Shown in pieces: positions 1-8,440 of a DNA stretch of 64,000 bases. This DNA comes from Candidatus Zhuqueibacterota bacterium (GTDB taxonomy: Bacteria; Zhuqueibacterota; Zhuqueibacteria; Zhuqueibacterales; Geothermadaptataceae): the NCBI GenBank assembly GCA_030950365.1, contig JAUZRQ010000091.1, positions 20,820 to 84,819 of the forward strand, given 5' to 3'. Each line of letters begins with the position of its first letter. Position 1 is the stretch's first letter. The notes below the pieces were generated by a model. The model worked only from the letters and a program-made list of their open reading frames with translations. It searched no databases and was not told the origin of the DNA. Made by a program: the position numbers and the translations under genes.

Positions 1-308
1 AACGAGCCGAACAAAGCTAAGGTCTCGCTGGGCGTCAGTTCCGGTGAGATGGCCGTGGTTTGCAACTGTGCACCGATGCGCTCTTTGAGCTGCCCCGGCG
101 ATTTCTGCGGATCCACACCAAGGACGGTTAAGCGGCCATGCGTCGGCTGCCGCAGGCCCTCGATGATCTCCACCAGCGTGGTTTTTCCCGCGCCATTGGG
201 CCCGAGAATACCGACGATGCCCCCGGCTTCGATTTCGAGATCGATGCCTTTCAGAGCCTCCACGTTATCGTATTTTTTCATCAAATTGGATATGGACACA
301 ATTGCCAT
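1..308 (-). CDS. ABC transporter ATP-binding protein, N-terminal part (gene runs off the window start)
   Basis: Absent from the ORF track because there is no stop codon in the window. Reverse-strand ATG at 308-306 opens MAIVSISNLMKKYDNVEALKGIDLEIEAGGIVGILGPNGAGKTTLVEIIEGL..., which contains a Walker A GPNGAGKTT. The + strand ORFs 49..495 and 138..488 are its antisense. Confidence 0.85.
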   Translation of the reverse strand, partial: MAIVSISNLMKKYDNVEALKGIDLEIEAGGIVGILGPNGAGKTTLVEIIEGLRQPTHGRLTVLGVDPQKSPGQLKERIGAQLQTTAISPELTPSETLALFGS

Positions 309-798
309 GGTGCGATCTCCCAATGGCCAGGAAGTTTTGCTCGGCTTTCATCAAAGTTTTCGAAATTCAGGGCAACAATCTACAAAGATTTTGACGAGAT
401 TGCAAAGCCCAACCCGTCAACAGCGGTTAACGGGGCATGGATGGCGGCACAGCAGGATGAACCGCGGCAAACTCCCCTTCAGCATTAAGGATTAGACTTT
501 TATGGCAGGGTTTACCTTTCTCGTAACCATGCAGTACAAAGAGCAGAATTCATATCCGCCTTTACCAACGCGTGTCTATAGCCAGCACAGAGGTTAGCTC
601 CGCGGCGGCGCAATCTCCTTGTGCAATACACGGAGATCGTCCCTTATCTGCCCGCCCAGCAGAAACTCACCATGACGGGTCTGATCACAGTTTTTAGTTG
701 ACATTAAACCGTTTGCGATATGGCCAACGCTATAGATTTTTGTTTCCTCTCCGATTTATTCAAACAAAATCAAACTATTAATATCGTTCACTGACCAC

Positions 799-1689
799 AT
801 GGCCATGCGGAAATCCATTTTGGTTTTGACAGGTATCGTTCTCATTCTTTCTGGCTGTAGCCCCTGGCTGGCGGATCACCGGCCGGACACGCGCAAGGCA
901 CTGCCCGGACTGGAACACGTGCAATCCTTTGCCGTGGTTTACCAGCACATCGAACCGGACCAGCTCATGCCATTTGACATGGTGATCCTCGAAGCCGAAC
1001 ACTACCGCGCGGAGGAAATCGAACAATTGCGCCGGGCTGGCAAAACCGTGATCGGCTATGTCAATGTGGGCGAAATCGAAGCCTATCGCGTCTTCGCAAA
1101 TCAGGTACCAGAACGCTGGAAACTGGCTGACAATCAGCACTGGCCCGGGCACACATTCATCAATCCCGGCTGGAAGGGCTGGCGGATTCTATTACGAGAC
1201 TATGTTCTGGATCGCATGCGTGAAAAAGGCTTCCACGGTCTTTTTTTGGACAGTGTCGATCTGGCAGCTCCTTGGCGTTTTCCGAAAACACGCGCGGACA
1301 TGGTGAAATTGATTCGCTGGCTCCACCGGGAGTATCCGGAAATGATGTTAATTTTAAACAACGGGCTATTTATTCTCAATGATCTGGTCGATTCTATTCA
1401 TGGTTTACTTATCGAGGAATTGTTTTTCACCATAGATCAGGAAGGTCGCTACACGGTGCGCCCTACGAGCAATCGCATCACGCTGTTGAAAGACATTTTG
1501 CGGGCCAAAACGCGCTGGAATCTGCCCGTGTTTCTGGTGGATTATTGCCCGGCACCGCCACCACAAATCTGTCACGACATCAAACGCGTATCGGGCCTTC
1601 TGGGGCTTCCGCATTTCGTGACCGATTATTACCTGACCCAATTGTATCCGGAGATCAACGTAGCGCCCGTGGAGGTACAACAGGAATAA
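799..1689 (+). CDS. Lipoprotein with TM1410/GH114-like glycoside hydrolase fold (PelA hydrolase-domain-like, stand-alone)
   Basis: Signal peptide plus lipobox (VLILSGC). Motifs GYVNVGEIE and GLFLDSVD are typical of the PF03537-type endo-alpha-1,4-polygalactosaminidase/PelA hydrolase fold. First gene of the Pel-like operon. Confidence 0.7.
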   Translation: MAMRKSILVLTGIVLILSGCSPWLADHRPDTRKALPGLEHVQSFAVVYQHIEPDQLMPFDMVILEAEHYRAEEIEQLRRAGKTVIGYVNVGEIEAYRVFANQVPERWKLADNQHWPGHTFINPGWKGWRILLRDYVLDRMREKGFHGLFLDSVDLAAPWRFPKTRADMVKLIRWLHREYPEMMLILNNGLFILNDLVDSIHGLLIEELFFTIDQEGRYTVRPTSNRITLLKDILRAKTRWNLPVFLVDYCPAPPPQICHDIKRVSGLLGLPHFVTDYYLTQLYPEINVAPVEVQQE

Positions 1690-1765
1690 TTAGTACGAAT
1701 CAAAATCGCAATAGGATCACAGAATGAGCCCATTTGGCCTCGCTAATTGAAATCTGGATTCAGGC

Positions 1766-2614
1766 ATGCAACTTCAATTTGAACACGGCGATAACTACAT
1801 CATCATCCGCTGCGAAGAACCGACGCGCCTGGATGCACTCACCAAAGATGCGTTTTTTCAATCGGTTATGGGGGTGTACCATCCGGGCAAGGCGGTGATT
1901 CTGGATTGCCACAATCTCGATTACATTGACAGCGCGGGCATTAGCGCGCTGATTTCGCTGCGAAAACGGATTGTGCAAAATGCAGACCGGCTGATCCTGG
2001 TGGGCCTGCATCCCGACTTGATCGACCTGTTTCACATCTCGAGATTGCACCGGGTTTTCGATATTATAGATACATTGGAAATGGCTCTGAAAAGCCTCAA
2101 CCAAACACAACGGCGAGAGTCTACTGCCAGCGTTACCGAGGTAAATCTCGTGGCCCAATCACGAGAGGGCATCCTGGTTTTGCAACTGGTGTCTCCGGAC
2201 TCCCTTATCGAAGCGAATAGTGTGGAGTTTATCGAAAAATTCAAACACCTTACAAAAGCATACAAACGCATCCTGCTTAATATCGATCATTTGAAAAACC
2301 TTGACGGTATGGGCATTGCCGCGCTGGTCCACCTGCAGTCACATGCAAATAAGCAGGGTAAGGAATTGGTATTTATTTATTCATCCCAAACCCTGAAACG
2401 GCTTTTTAAGATGTACCACGTTGATGACTTGTTTCGCAGTATGAACAGCATCGATGAAGCCCTGGCCGAAATGCGAAAACCAACATCGATTGAAAAAATT
2501 CATGCTGAACGGCAAAACAAGCCGCCTGTAAATCGCGGGAACCGAAACCATGCAGAGTATGTTGACTTACAATTCCTCCACTCAGCAAAAAAGAAAATGG
2601 TTGAATCCTTATAA
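1766..2614 (+). CDS. Tandem STAS-domain protein (anti-sigma-factor-antagonist-like, two STAS repeats)
   Basis: Two SpoIIAA/RsbV-like units. Unit 1 has LDYIDSAGISALISL (DSxG with Ser). Unit 2 has LKNLDGMGIAALVHL (Ser replaced by Gly). The 3' end overlaps the pelD-like ORF by up to 65 nt. Confidence 0.8.
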   Translation: MQLQFEHGDNYIIIRCEEPTRLDALTKDAFFQSVMGVYHPGKAVILDCHNLDYIDSAGISALISLRKRIVQNADRLILVGLHPDLIDLFHISRLHRVFDIIDTLEMALKSLNQTQRRESTASVTEVNLVAQSREGILVLQLVSPDSLIEANSVEFIEKFKHLTKAYKRILLNIDHLKNLDGMGIAALVHLQSHANKQGKELVFIYSSQTLKRLFKMYHVDDLFRSMNSIDEALAEMRKPTSIEKIHAERQNKPPVNRGNRNHAEYVDLQFLHSAKKKMVESL

Positions 2615-4037
2615 TAACGATATCCTTTTCAGCCTGGTCCTCTTTTTCCTGTTACTGGTTAGCATCAATGTCATGCTATATCCAGACGTACCGGGCTATC
2701 TCGGTATTCATCCGCATCCGTATCTCATCGCCATTCTACTGATGGCGGGACGCTACGGCCGCCGCGCGGGTTACCTCGCTGCGTTCACGGCCACAGGCCT
2801 CCTAATAGTTTATTTATATTTTGAGACTGCGCCCTTTTTCAACTGGACAAAGCTCAACTCTAATGAGTTCGTAGCGCCATTTTTGTCCTTTTTTCTCGCC
2901 GCCCTTTTCGTCGGCGAGATGCGGCATGCGGCCCTGCGCCGGGAAAAGAACCTGCAAGCTCGTAACGCCGAATTGACAGGAGAAAATCGACGTTTGAAAG
3001 AGCAACTGGAAGTGGTGATCCAGATAAAAGAAGAACTGGAGAATCGGTTAGTGGGCCAGCAAGATACAATCAATTCGCTGTATCAGGCGGCCAAAGCGCT
3101 GGAAACTCTGGAAGAGGCCGAGTTTTATCAGGCGCTGACCAAATTAACGGCCCGTTTCACCGGTGCTACCAAAGTCAGTTTTTATCTCATCGATTATCCA
3201 AATGACCAGATTCGATGTGTGGCTCGGTTTGGCTGGGATGATGAAGCCAAGAAACCGTTCACTCAAAAACTTGGCGAAGGTATTTTCGCGCTCGTGCTCC
3301 AGGAAAACCGCATCCTGACCATCAAAGAAATCTCCGAAAATTCGGAGCAGCTCGAGAAATGGGAACACTCGCAGGAAAAAGCATACGTGTACACACCGAT
3401 CTCCATGGGCTCGGTGATTATTGGCATCCTGACAGTGGACGAGGTGCCATTTTTAAAACTGAATATTACGATGGTACGCACGTTGTCACTAATCGCCGAG
3501 CTGGCCGTGCCGGCTTTGAAAAACATCATCCATTTTCAAGATTTGCAAAACATGGTGCAAATCGATCCGGTGACCGGGCTGGCCAAATACGAGGCATTCC
3601 TGGAAGATGCCGAAATCGAGTTCAAAAAAGCGGCGCGCTACCATCTGGATTTTTCGATTCTTTACTTCCAGATCGATGGCCTAGATGCCATCGAAAAAGA
3701 GCATGGCCATACGGCCGTGGTGGAAACGCTGAAATGGTTCGCGCAGCATTTGCGCCCCATGCTGCGTAGCATGGATATTCTGGCTACCGGCGAACGTCCC
3801 GGCGAGTTCTTTCTGGCCCTGCCAATGACCGATTCCGAAGGCATGCTGGAAGTAATCGAACGGATTACCGCCTGGTTTGAAGACACCCGGCGGCAATTTA
3901 CTTGGGGACCGGTTCTGCAATTGCACTATGGCGCCGTAGCCTACCATCCAACCATCAAATCGCTGGATCACCTGCTACGTCTGGTCAAACATTCGCTGCG
4001 CATCAACAAGATTTCCAAAGTCAGGCAGCTTAGCTAA
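2550..4037 (+). CDS. pelD: PelD-like c-di-GMP receptor (about 4 TM helices, coiled coil, GAF, degenerate GGDEF)
   Basis: N-terminal hydrophobic helices, a coiled-coil segment (NAELTGENRRLKEQLEVVIQIKEELENRL), a GAF-like middle and a GGDEF-fold C-terminus (IDPVTGLAKYEAF...DGLDAIEKEHGH). PGEFF stands in place of GGDEF, and an RSMD (RxxD-like) motif lies just upstream. The start is uncertain: ATG 2550, ATG 2559 or TTG 2601. Confidence 0.7.
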   Translation: MQSMLTYNSSTQQKRKWLNPYNNDILFSLVLFFLLLVSINVMLYPDVPGYLGIHPHPYLIAILLMAGRYGRRAGYLAAFTATGLLIVYLYFETAPFFNWTKLNSNEFVAPFLSFFLAALFVGEMRHAALRREKNLQARNAELTGENRRLKEQLEVVIQIKEELENRLVGQQDTINSLYQAAKALETLEEAEFYQALTKLTARFTGATKVSFYLIDYPNDQIRCVARFGWDDEAKKPFTQKLGEGIFALVLQENRILTIKEISENSEQLEKWEHSQEKAYVYTPISMGSVIIGILTVDEVPFLKLNITMVRTLSLIAELAVPALKNIIHFQDLQNMVQIDPVTGLAKYEAFLEDAEIEFKKAARYHLDFSILYFQIDGLDAIEKEHGHTAVVETLKWFAQHLRPMLRSMDILATGERPGEFFLALPMTDSEGMLEVIERITAWFEDTRRQFTWGPVLQLHYGAVAYHPTIKSLDHLLRLVKHSLRINKISKVRQLS

Positions 4038-4798
4038 TGATGAAGTGGGAAAGCTACATTCTTCGCAAAAAACGTGGACGCTTGCGCAAAAGCCAATTTC
4101 AGCCGCGAACGCAGCAGGAAGCCAAAGATGCACTTGCGCTTGGCATCATCGATATCGGCGATTATGTAGAGTTTTCGCTCTCGCTGGAGCCAGTGCTCGA
4201 CAGCGTGCACGACCCCGATCCGGACACGCGGAAGCAGGCGATCCAGACCCTCGCACAACGCCGCGATCCGCTGAGCATTCAGTTGCTGCACCACTTGTTG
4301 CTGGATCGGGAAGAGGAAGTGCGACTGGCAGCAGCGACCACTCTGGAAGTGATGGAAAAGGAAATGCACACGCGCATTCATCAACTACGACAGGCGCTGG
4401 AGGCCGATCCAAATGATCGCGATAAGCAGTTCCGCCTGGCCCAATCCTACATCGACTATGCGTCTGTGCTGTTGATGAATCGCAATCTACAACGATTCTT
4501 TTTGCAAAAAGCCCTAGCGTATCTGGACGAGTTGGTCGAGGCCGAGCCGGAAGAGGTGCGCTTCCATCTGGCGCGCGGTCAGACCTATCAATTGCTCGAC
4601 GAGCCTGGCAAAGCCTTAGAGGACTTCCGACGATGCATCAACCTGGATGCCAACTGCCTGCAGGCATTCATGGGCCAGGCAGAATGCCTGTTTAAGCTGA
4701 AGCAGTTCCCGAAGATCAAAGAAATTATGCAATCCCTGCCGGAAACGGAGCAGGAACATGAGGTGGCCGATGCACGGATATTTTGGATCGAAGGTTAA
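4037..4798 (+). CDS. HEAT/TPR repeat protein in the PelE position (no TM helix seen)
   Basis: HEAT-like repeats (DPDPDTRKQAIQTLAQRRDPLSIQLL, DREEEVRLAAATTLEVM) followed by TPR-like helices. Its ATG overlaps the pelD stop (TAATG at 4035-4039). Confidence 0.5.
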   Translation: MMKWESYILRKKRGRLRKSQFQPRTQQEAKDALALGIIDIGDYVEFSLSLEPVLDSVHDPDPDTRKQAIQTLAQRRDPLSIQLLHHLLLDREEEVRLAAATTLEVMEKEMHTRIHQLRQALEADPNDRDKQFRLAQSYIDYASVLLMNRNLQRFFLQKALAYLDELVEAEPEEVRFHLARGQTYQLLDEPGKALEDFRRCINLDANCLQAFMGQAECLFKLKQFPKIKEIMQSLPETEQEHEVADARIFWIEG

Positions 4799-7004
4799 AC
4801 CACAACGGGTTTGCGCCGTGTTAGCAGGGCTGTTTGTTGCGCTGTCCTACAGCTCTATCATTGCGCAACAAACAGTACCGCGTAAGGTGCTCGCTTTGTA
4901 TAAATCCAGCGAAGGCCGTACTGAAGAAGAAAATGAAATCGCCAATGTGATGCAATTAGCACTCAATAACCTGGGGCTGGTGGTAGTTTATCGTGACGCA
5001 GAAAAGCCATTGCCCCCCATTGATTCCTTAGCAGATTACCGCGGCATCATTACCTACTTTATAAACGAAGATATGCTGCATGCCAGACGCTATCGACAAT
5101 GGTTCAAAATGGCCCTGAAACATCCTTTAAAATTCGTAATCTTCAACAATTTTGGTGCTTATCGTGAAAAAGGCAGAAAAACGAACGCAAAAACCATTCG
5201 GGAGATTCGATCCCTATTTTCAAAATTGGGAGTCCGCATTCCATTTCGCTACATTCCAGCCATGAATGTTACTATTGCATTCAAAGACTCTACCTATTTT
5301 GACTTTGAACGACCATTGGATCACGTGGCTACCCTCTCAGAGATGCGGTCTATCGATCAGCGTAACCGGGTTTTGCTGAACCTACGGGATGAGGAAAATG
5401 GGATAGAAAATGATGCGGTCATTGTTGGAAAATGGGGAGCCATTGTCCAATCGGGTACGGCTTTCTGGCTAGATGAGAACACTGGTCATATGCAGTGGTA
5501 TTTAAATCCCTTTACTTTCTTTACCGATGTGTTTCATCTTGACTCCCTGCCCATACCGGAAATCAATGTATTGGGTGGTAAACGCCTAGCCTTTATCCAC
5601 ATCGACGGTGATGGTTTCCGGACTATTTCAAAAATCAATCGCTGGGATATGTGTGCGAAACTGATGCAAGAACGTGTTTTTGAGCGCTATCAACTGCCTT
5701 TTTCGGTCTCGGTCATCACCGCCGATGTGTCGCCTGAACTGTTTGGCGATGCCCATACCATGAAGACGGCCCGTGACATTTTCAGCCTGCCCAACGTGGA
5801 AGCGGCCTCACATGCCTACGCGCATCCATTCAATTGGCGGACAGGTTGGGTCGCATTTGATTCCATCCCGGGATACCACTTCGATGAAAAACTGGAAATC
5901 GAGGCCTCCATGCAATTCATTCAAGAGGAATTGCTGCCCCCGGGAAAGATCAACCGCCTGTTTTTCTGGACCGGTATGTGCAATCCCACCGAAGCTCAGA
6001 TCGAACAGGTTGAAAGCCGGCAATGGCTTCAAATCAATGGAGTAGCCGGATTTTTACATGAGGATGCTCCTTCAATTACCTCTTTTGCGCCACCGTATTC
6101 TCAAGTTGGCTCTCGCGTGCGAATCAATGCACGCATTAGCAATGAATATGAATTAACAAACCATTGGCACAATCCTTATAACTATAGACATATCATTTCG
6201 ACCCTTAAATTCACGGAAAATAATGGTCCCCTCACACCGGCCAATATCTACTTACACTATTACATCATGGAATTCGAGGAAAGTTGGCAGGCCCTAAAAG
6301 ATGTGCTCAAATGGAGCCTGCATCAGGGCTGGGCCTTTGTTTATACGTCCGATTATATCCGTATGGTACATGATTTTCTGAACCTGCGTCTGGTGCGCGA
6401 ATCTGGAAATGTCTGGTTGGTGGTCAATTCGGGCGCTCTGCGCACACTGCGCTTCCGCAATGAGCCCCGCAGCGTCAATCTGGCAGCTTCGCACAATGTG
6501 CTCGGCTATCAGCACCTTGGCAATGACCTCCTGGTGCACCTGAATGCCGCCCCCCGACACCGCATTGTATTGTCCGATACATCTGAAAATAAGATAAATT
6601 TATTTACATTCAACATGCTGGTGGATTCGCTAGCCACGACCAACACCGGGGTGAATTTGTGGGTAAAGGGGTACGGCGAATTTGAGGCCCGTCTGCGACA
6701 TGTGAAACCGGGCCGCTATTACCGCGCCGTGGCCGAGCCCCTATCTTCGACGGATAGAGCCGACTGGCCCATTCAGCGGGCGGCCTATTACCGAAGCGAT
6801 GATTTTGGACAATTGACTGTGCGCGTTCCCGTGCACAACGCATCCCGAGTACGAATCTCCGAAGTGCCGATATGGGTTTACTGGAAACATAAGCTACGCA
6901 TCGTTGTGCTGATTGCTCTGACCATGCTGGCCTTTATCTGGTATCAAAAACGAGAAAGCAAGCCGGTGCCATTGTCCGGGTTGGACAACCGCAACGGCAG
7001 ATAG
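4758..7004 (+). CDS. Secreted, C-terminally anchored polysaccharide deacetylase-like protein (PelA deacetylase-domain-like, CE4-type motifs)
   Basis: Signal peptide (CAVLAGLFVALSYSSIIAQQ). CE4-like motifs FIHIDGDGF (Asp pair) and ASHAYAHP (H-x3-H). C-terminal TM helix (LRIVVLIALTMLAFIWY). Overlaps the preceding gene by 41 nt. Confidence 0.6.
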   Translation: MRWPMHGYFGSKVKPQRVCAVLAGLFVALSYSSIIAQQTVPRKVLALYKSSEGRTEEENEIANVMQLALNNLGLVVVYRDAEKPLPPIDSLADYRGIITYFINEDMLHARRYRQWFKMALKHPLKFVIFNNFGAYREKGRKTNAKTIREIRSLFSKLGVRIPFRYIPAMNVTIAFKDSTYFDFERPLDHVATLSEMRSIDQRNRVLLNLRDEENGIENDAVIVGKWGAIVQSGTAFWLDENTGHMQWYLNPFTFFTDVFHLDSLPIPEINVLGGKRLAFIHIDGDGFRTISKINRWDMCAKLMQERVFERYQLPFSVSVITADVSPELFGDAHTMKTARDIFSLPNVEAASHAYAHPFNWRTGWVAFDSIPGYHFDEKLEIEASMQFIQEELLPPGKINRLFFWTGMCNPTEAQIEQVESRQWLQINGVAGFLHEDAPSITSFAPPYSQVGSRVRINARISNEYELTNHWHNPYNYRHIISTLKFTENNGPLTPANIYLHYYIMEFEESWQALKDVLKWSLHQGWAFVYTSDYIRMVHDFLNLRLVRESGNVWLVVNSGALRTLRFRNEPRSVNLAASHNVLGYQHLGNDLLVHLNAAPRHRIVLSDTSENKINLFTFNMLVDSLATTNTGVNLWVKGYGEFEARLRHVKPGRYYRAVAEPLSSTDRADWPIQRAAYYRSDDFGQLTVRVPVHNASRVRISEVPIWVYWKHKLRIVVLIALTMLAFIWYQKRESKPVPLSGLDNRNGR

Positions 7005-7030
7005 CCAACCACCAAACCCTAGAAAATGCC

Positions 7031-8440
7031 ATGCGCGTTTGTTTGATCATCGAAGGAGCATATCCGTACATCGTCGGCGGTGTATCCGTCTGGGTGCATT
7101 TGCTGATCCAGAATTTGCCGCACATCGAGTTCGTGATCTGGACGATCACGCCAGAGCGCGGCCAGCCGCTGAAATATGAACTGCCGCCCAATGTGGTGGA
7201 ACACATCGAGGTCGCACTGGACACGAAGCTACCGCTGCATGCTCGCAAAAAACGTACGCGCAGCCAGTGGCAAATCATCCAGCATTTTCATCAGGACATG
7301 GATGAAGGCCGGATTCAATTTTTTCATGATTTCCTGCACCAGTTTTTGCCCCACGATCCGGCCGGGCTTTCGGTAGAAAACGTGTTCCATGATTTCGAAT
7401 CGTGGCAGTTGCTAAAAGACATGTACGAAAAACATCATCCCATCACCCCGTTCATCAAGTATTACTGGACCTGGCGCGCCACACACATGCCGCTACTCAA
7501 AATGCTGCATGCACGCATTCCGCGCGCGGATGTGTACCATGCCGTGTCCACCGGCTATGCCGGCTTGCTCGGCGCCATGGCGAAAATCCGCACCGGCCGG
7601 CCGTTCATCCTGACCGAGCATGGCATTTATGCTAAAGAGCGAGAGATGGAGATCAACCAATCGGATGTGCACACCGGCTACGAACGCGAAATGTGGAAAA
7701 ACATGTTCCGGTCGCTGGCAAAAATCGCCTACACGCACGCCGACCGTATCATCGCGCTGTTTCAGAAAAACCAGAACCTGCAGCTCAGTCTCGGCGCGCC
7801 TCCCGAACGCTGTTTTGTCATCCCGAACGGCATCCGCGTGCGTGATTTTTTGAACCTGGAGCCGCGTCCACACGAGCATTTCAATGTGGGATTCATTGGT
7901 CGGTTGGTGCCGATCAAAGATGTGAAAAATTTTGTGTTGGCGGCGCGCATCATCCGCGATGCCCTGCCGCAGGCGCGCTTTTACATCATCGGGCCACAGG
8001 ACGAACGCGATGACTACTTCCAGGAAGTGCAAATTCTGGTGGACAACCTCGATCTCAACGATGTCATCGAATTCACCGGCAAGGTAGATGTGAAAGATTA
8101 CTTTCCCATTCTGGATGTGCTGTGCCTCACCAGCGTGAAAGAAGCGCAACCGCTGTCGATCATCGAGGCGATGGTGGCGGGTGTGCCAGTGGTGGCCACG
8201 CGCGTCGGCGATGTCGAAGATATTCTGCAGCAAGATGGCATTGTGGTGCCGCCCAAACGGCCGGACAAACTCGCCGACGGCGTGATCAAATTTGCCAGCG
8301 ATCCCGAATTCCGGAGCCGCTGTATCAAAAACGCCCGAGAGCGCGCCGCGCGGACGTACGACTTAGACTCACTCATCCAGCGCTACGATGATCTCTATAA
8401 GGAATTTGCACAATCGGAGGCAGAACGATGGCGGGCATAG
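7031..8440 (+). CDS. pelF: Pel polysaccharide glycosyltransferase PelF (GT4)
   Basis: N-terminus MRVCLIIEGAYPYIVGGVSVWVHLLIQNLP (DUF3492-type PelF signature). C-terminal GT4 E-x7-E region EAQPLSIIEAMVAGVPVVAT. Confidence 0.9.
   Translation: MRVCLIIEGAYPYIVGGVSVWVHLLIQNLPHIEFVIWTITPERGQPLKYELPPNVVEHIEVALDTKLPLHARKKRTRSQWQIIQHFHQDMDEGRIQFFHDFLHQFLPHDPAGLSVENVFHDFESWQLLKDMYEKHHPITPFIKYYWTWRATHMPLLKMLHARIPRADVYHAVSTGYAGLLGAMAKIRTGRPFILTEHGIYAKEREMEINQSDVHTGYEREMWKNMFRSLAKIAYTHADRIIALFQKNQNLQLSLGAPPERCFVIPNGIRVRDFLNLEPRPHEHFNVGFIGRLVPIKDVKNFVLAARIIRDALPQARFYIIGPQDERDDYFQEVQILVDNLDLNDVIEFTGKVDVKDYFPILDVLCLTSVKEAQPLSIIEAMVAGVPVVATRVGDVEDILQQDGIVVPPKRPDKLADGVIKFASDPEFRSRCIKNARERAARTYDLDSLIQRYDDLYKEFAQSEAERWRA

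Noticed and set aside
698-726. A TTGACA hexamer upstream of the Pel operon, as a possible promoter
   Set aside because: No acceptable -10 hexamer lies at 16-18 nt (the candidates are TATGGC, ATGGCC and TGGCCA). The Pel promoter remains unidentified.
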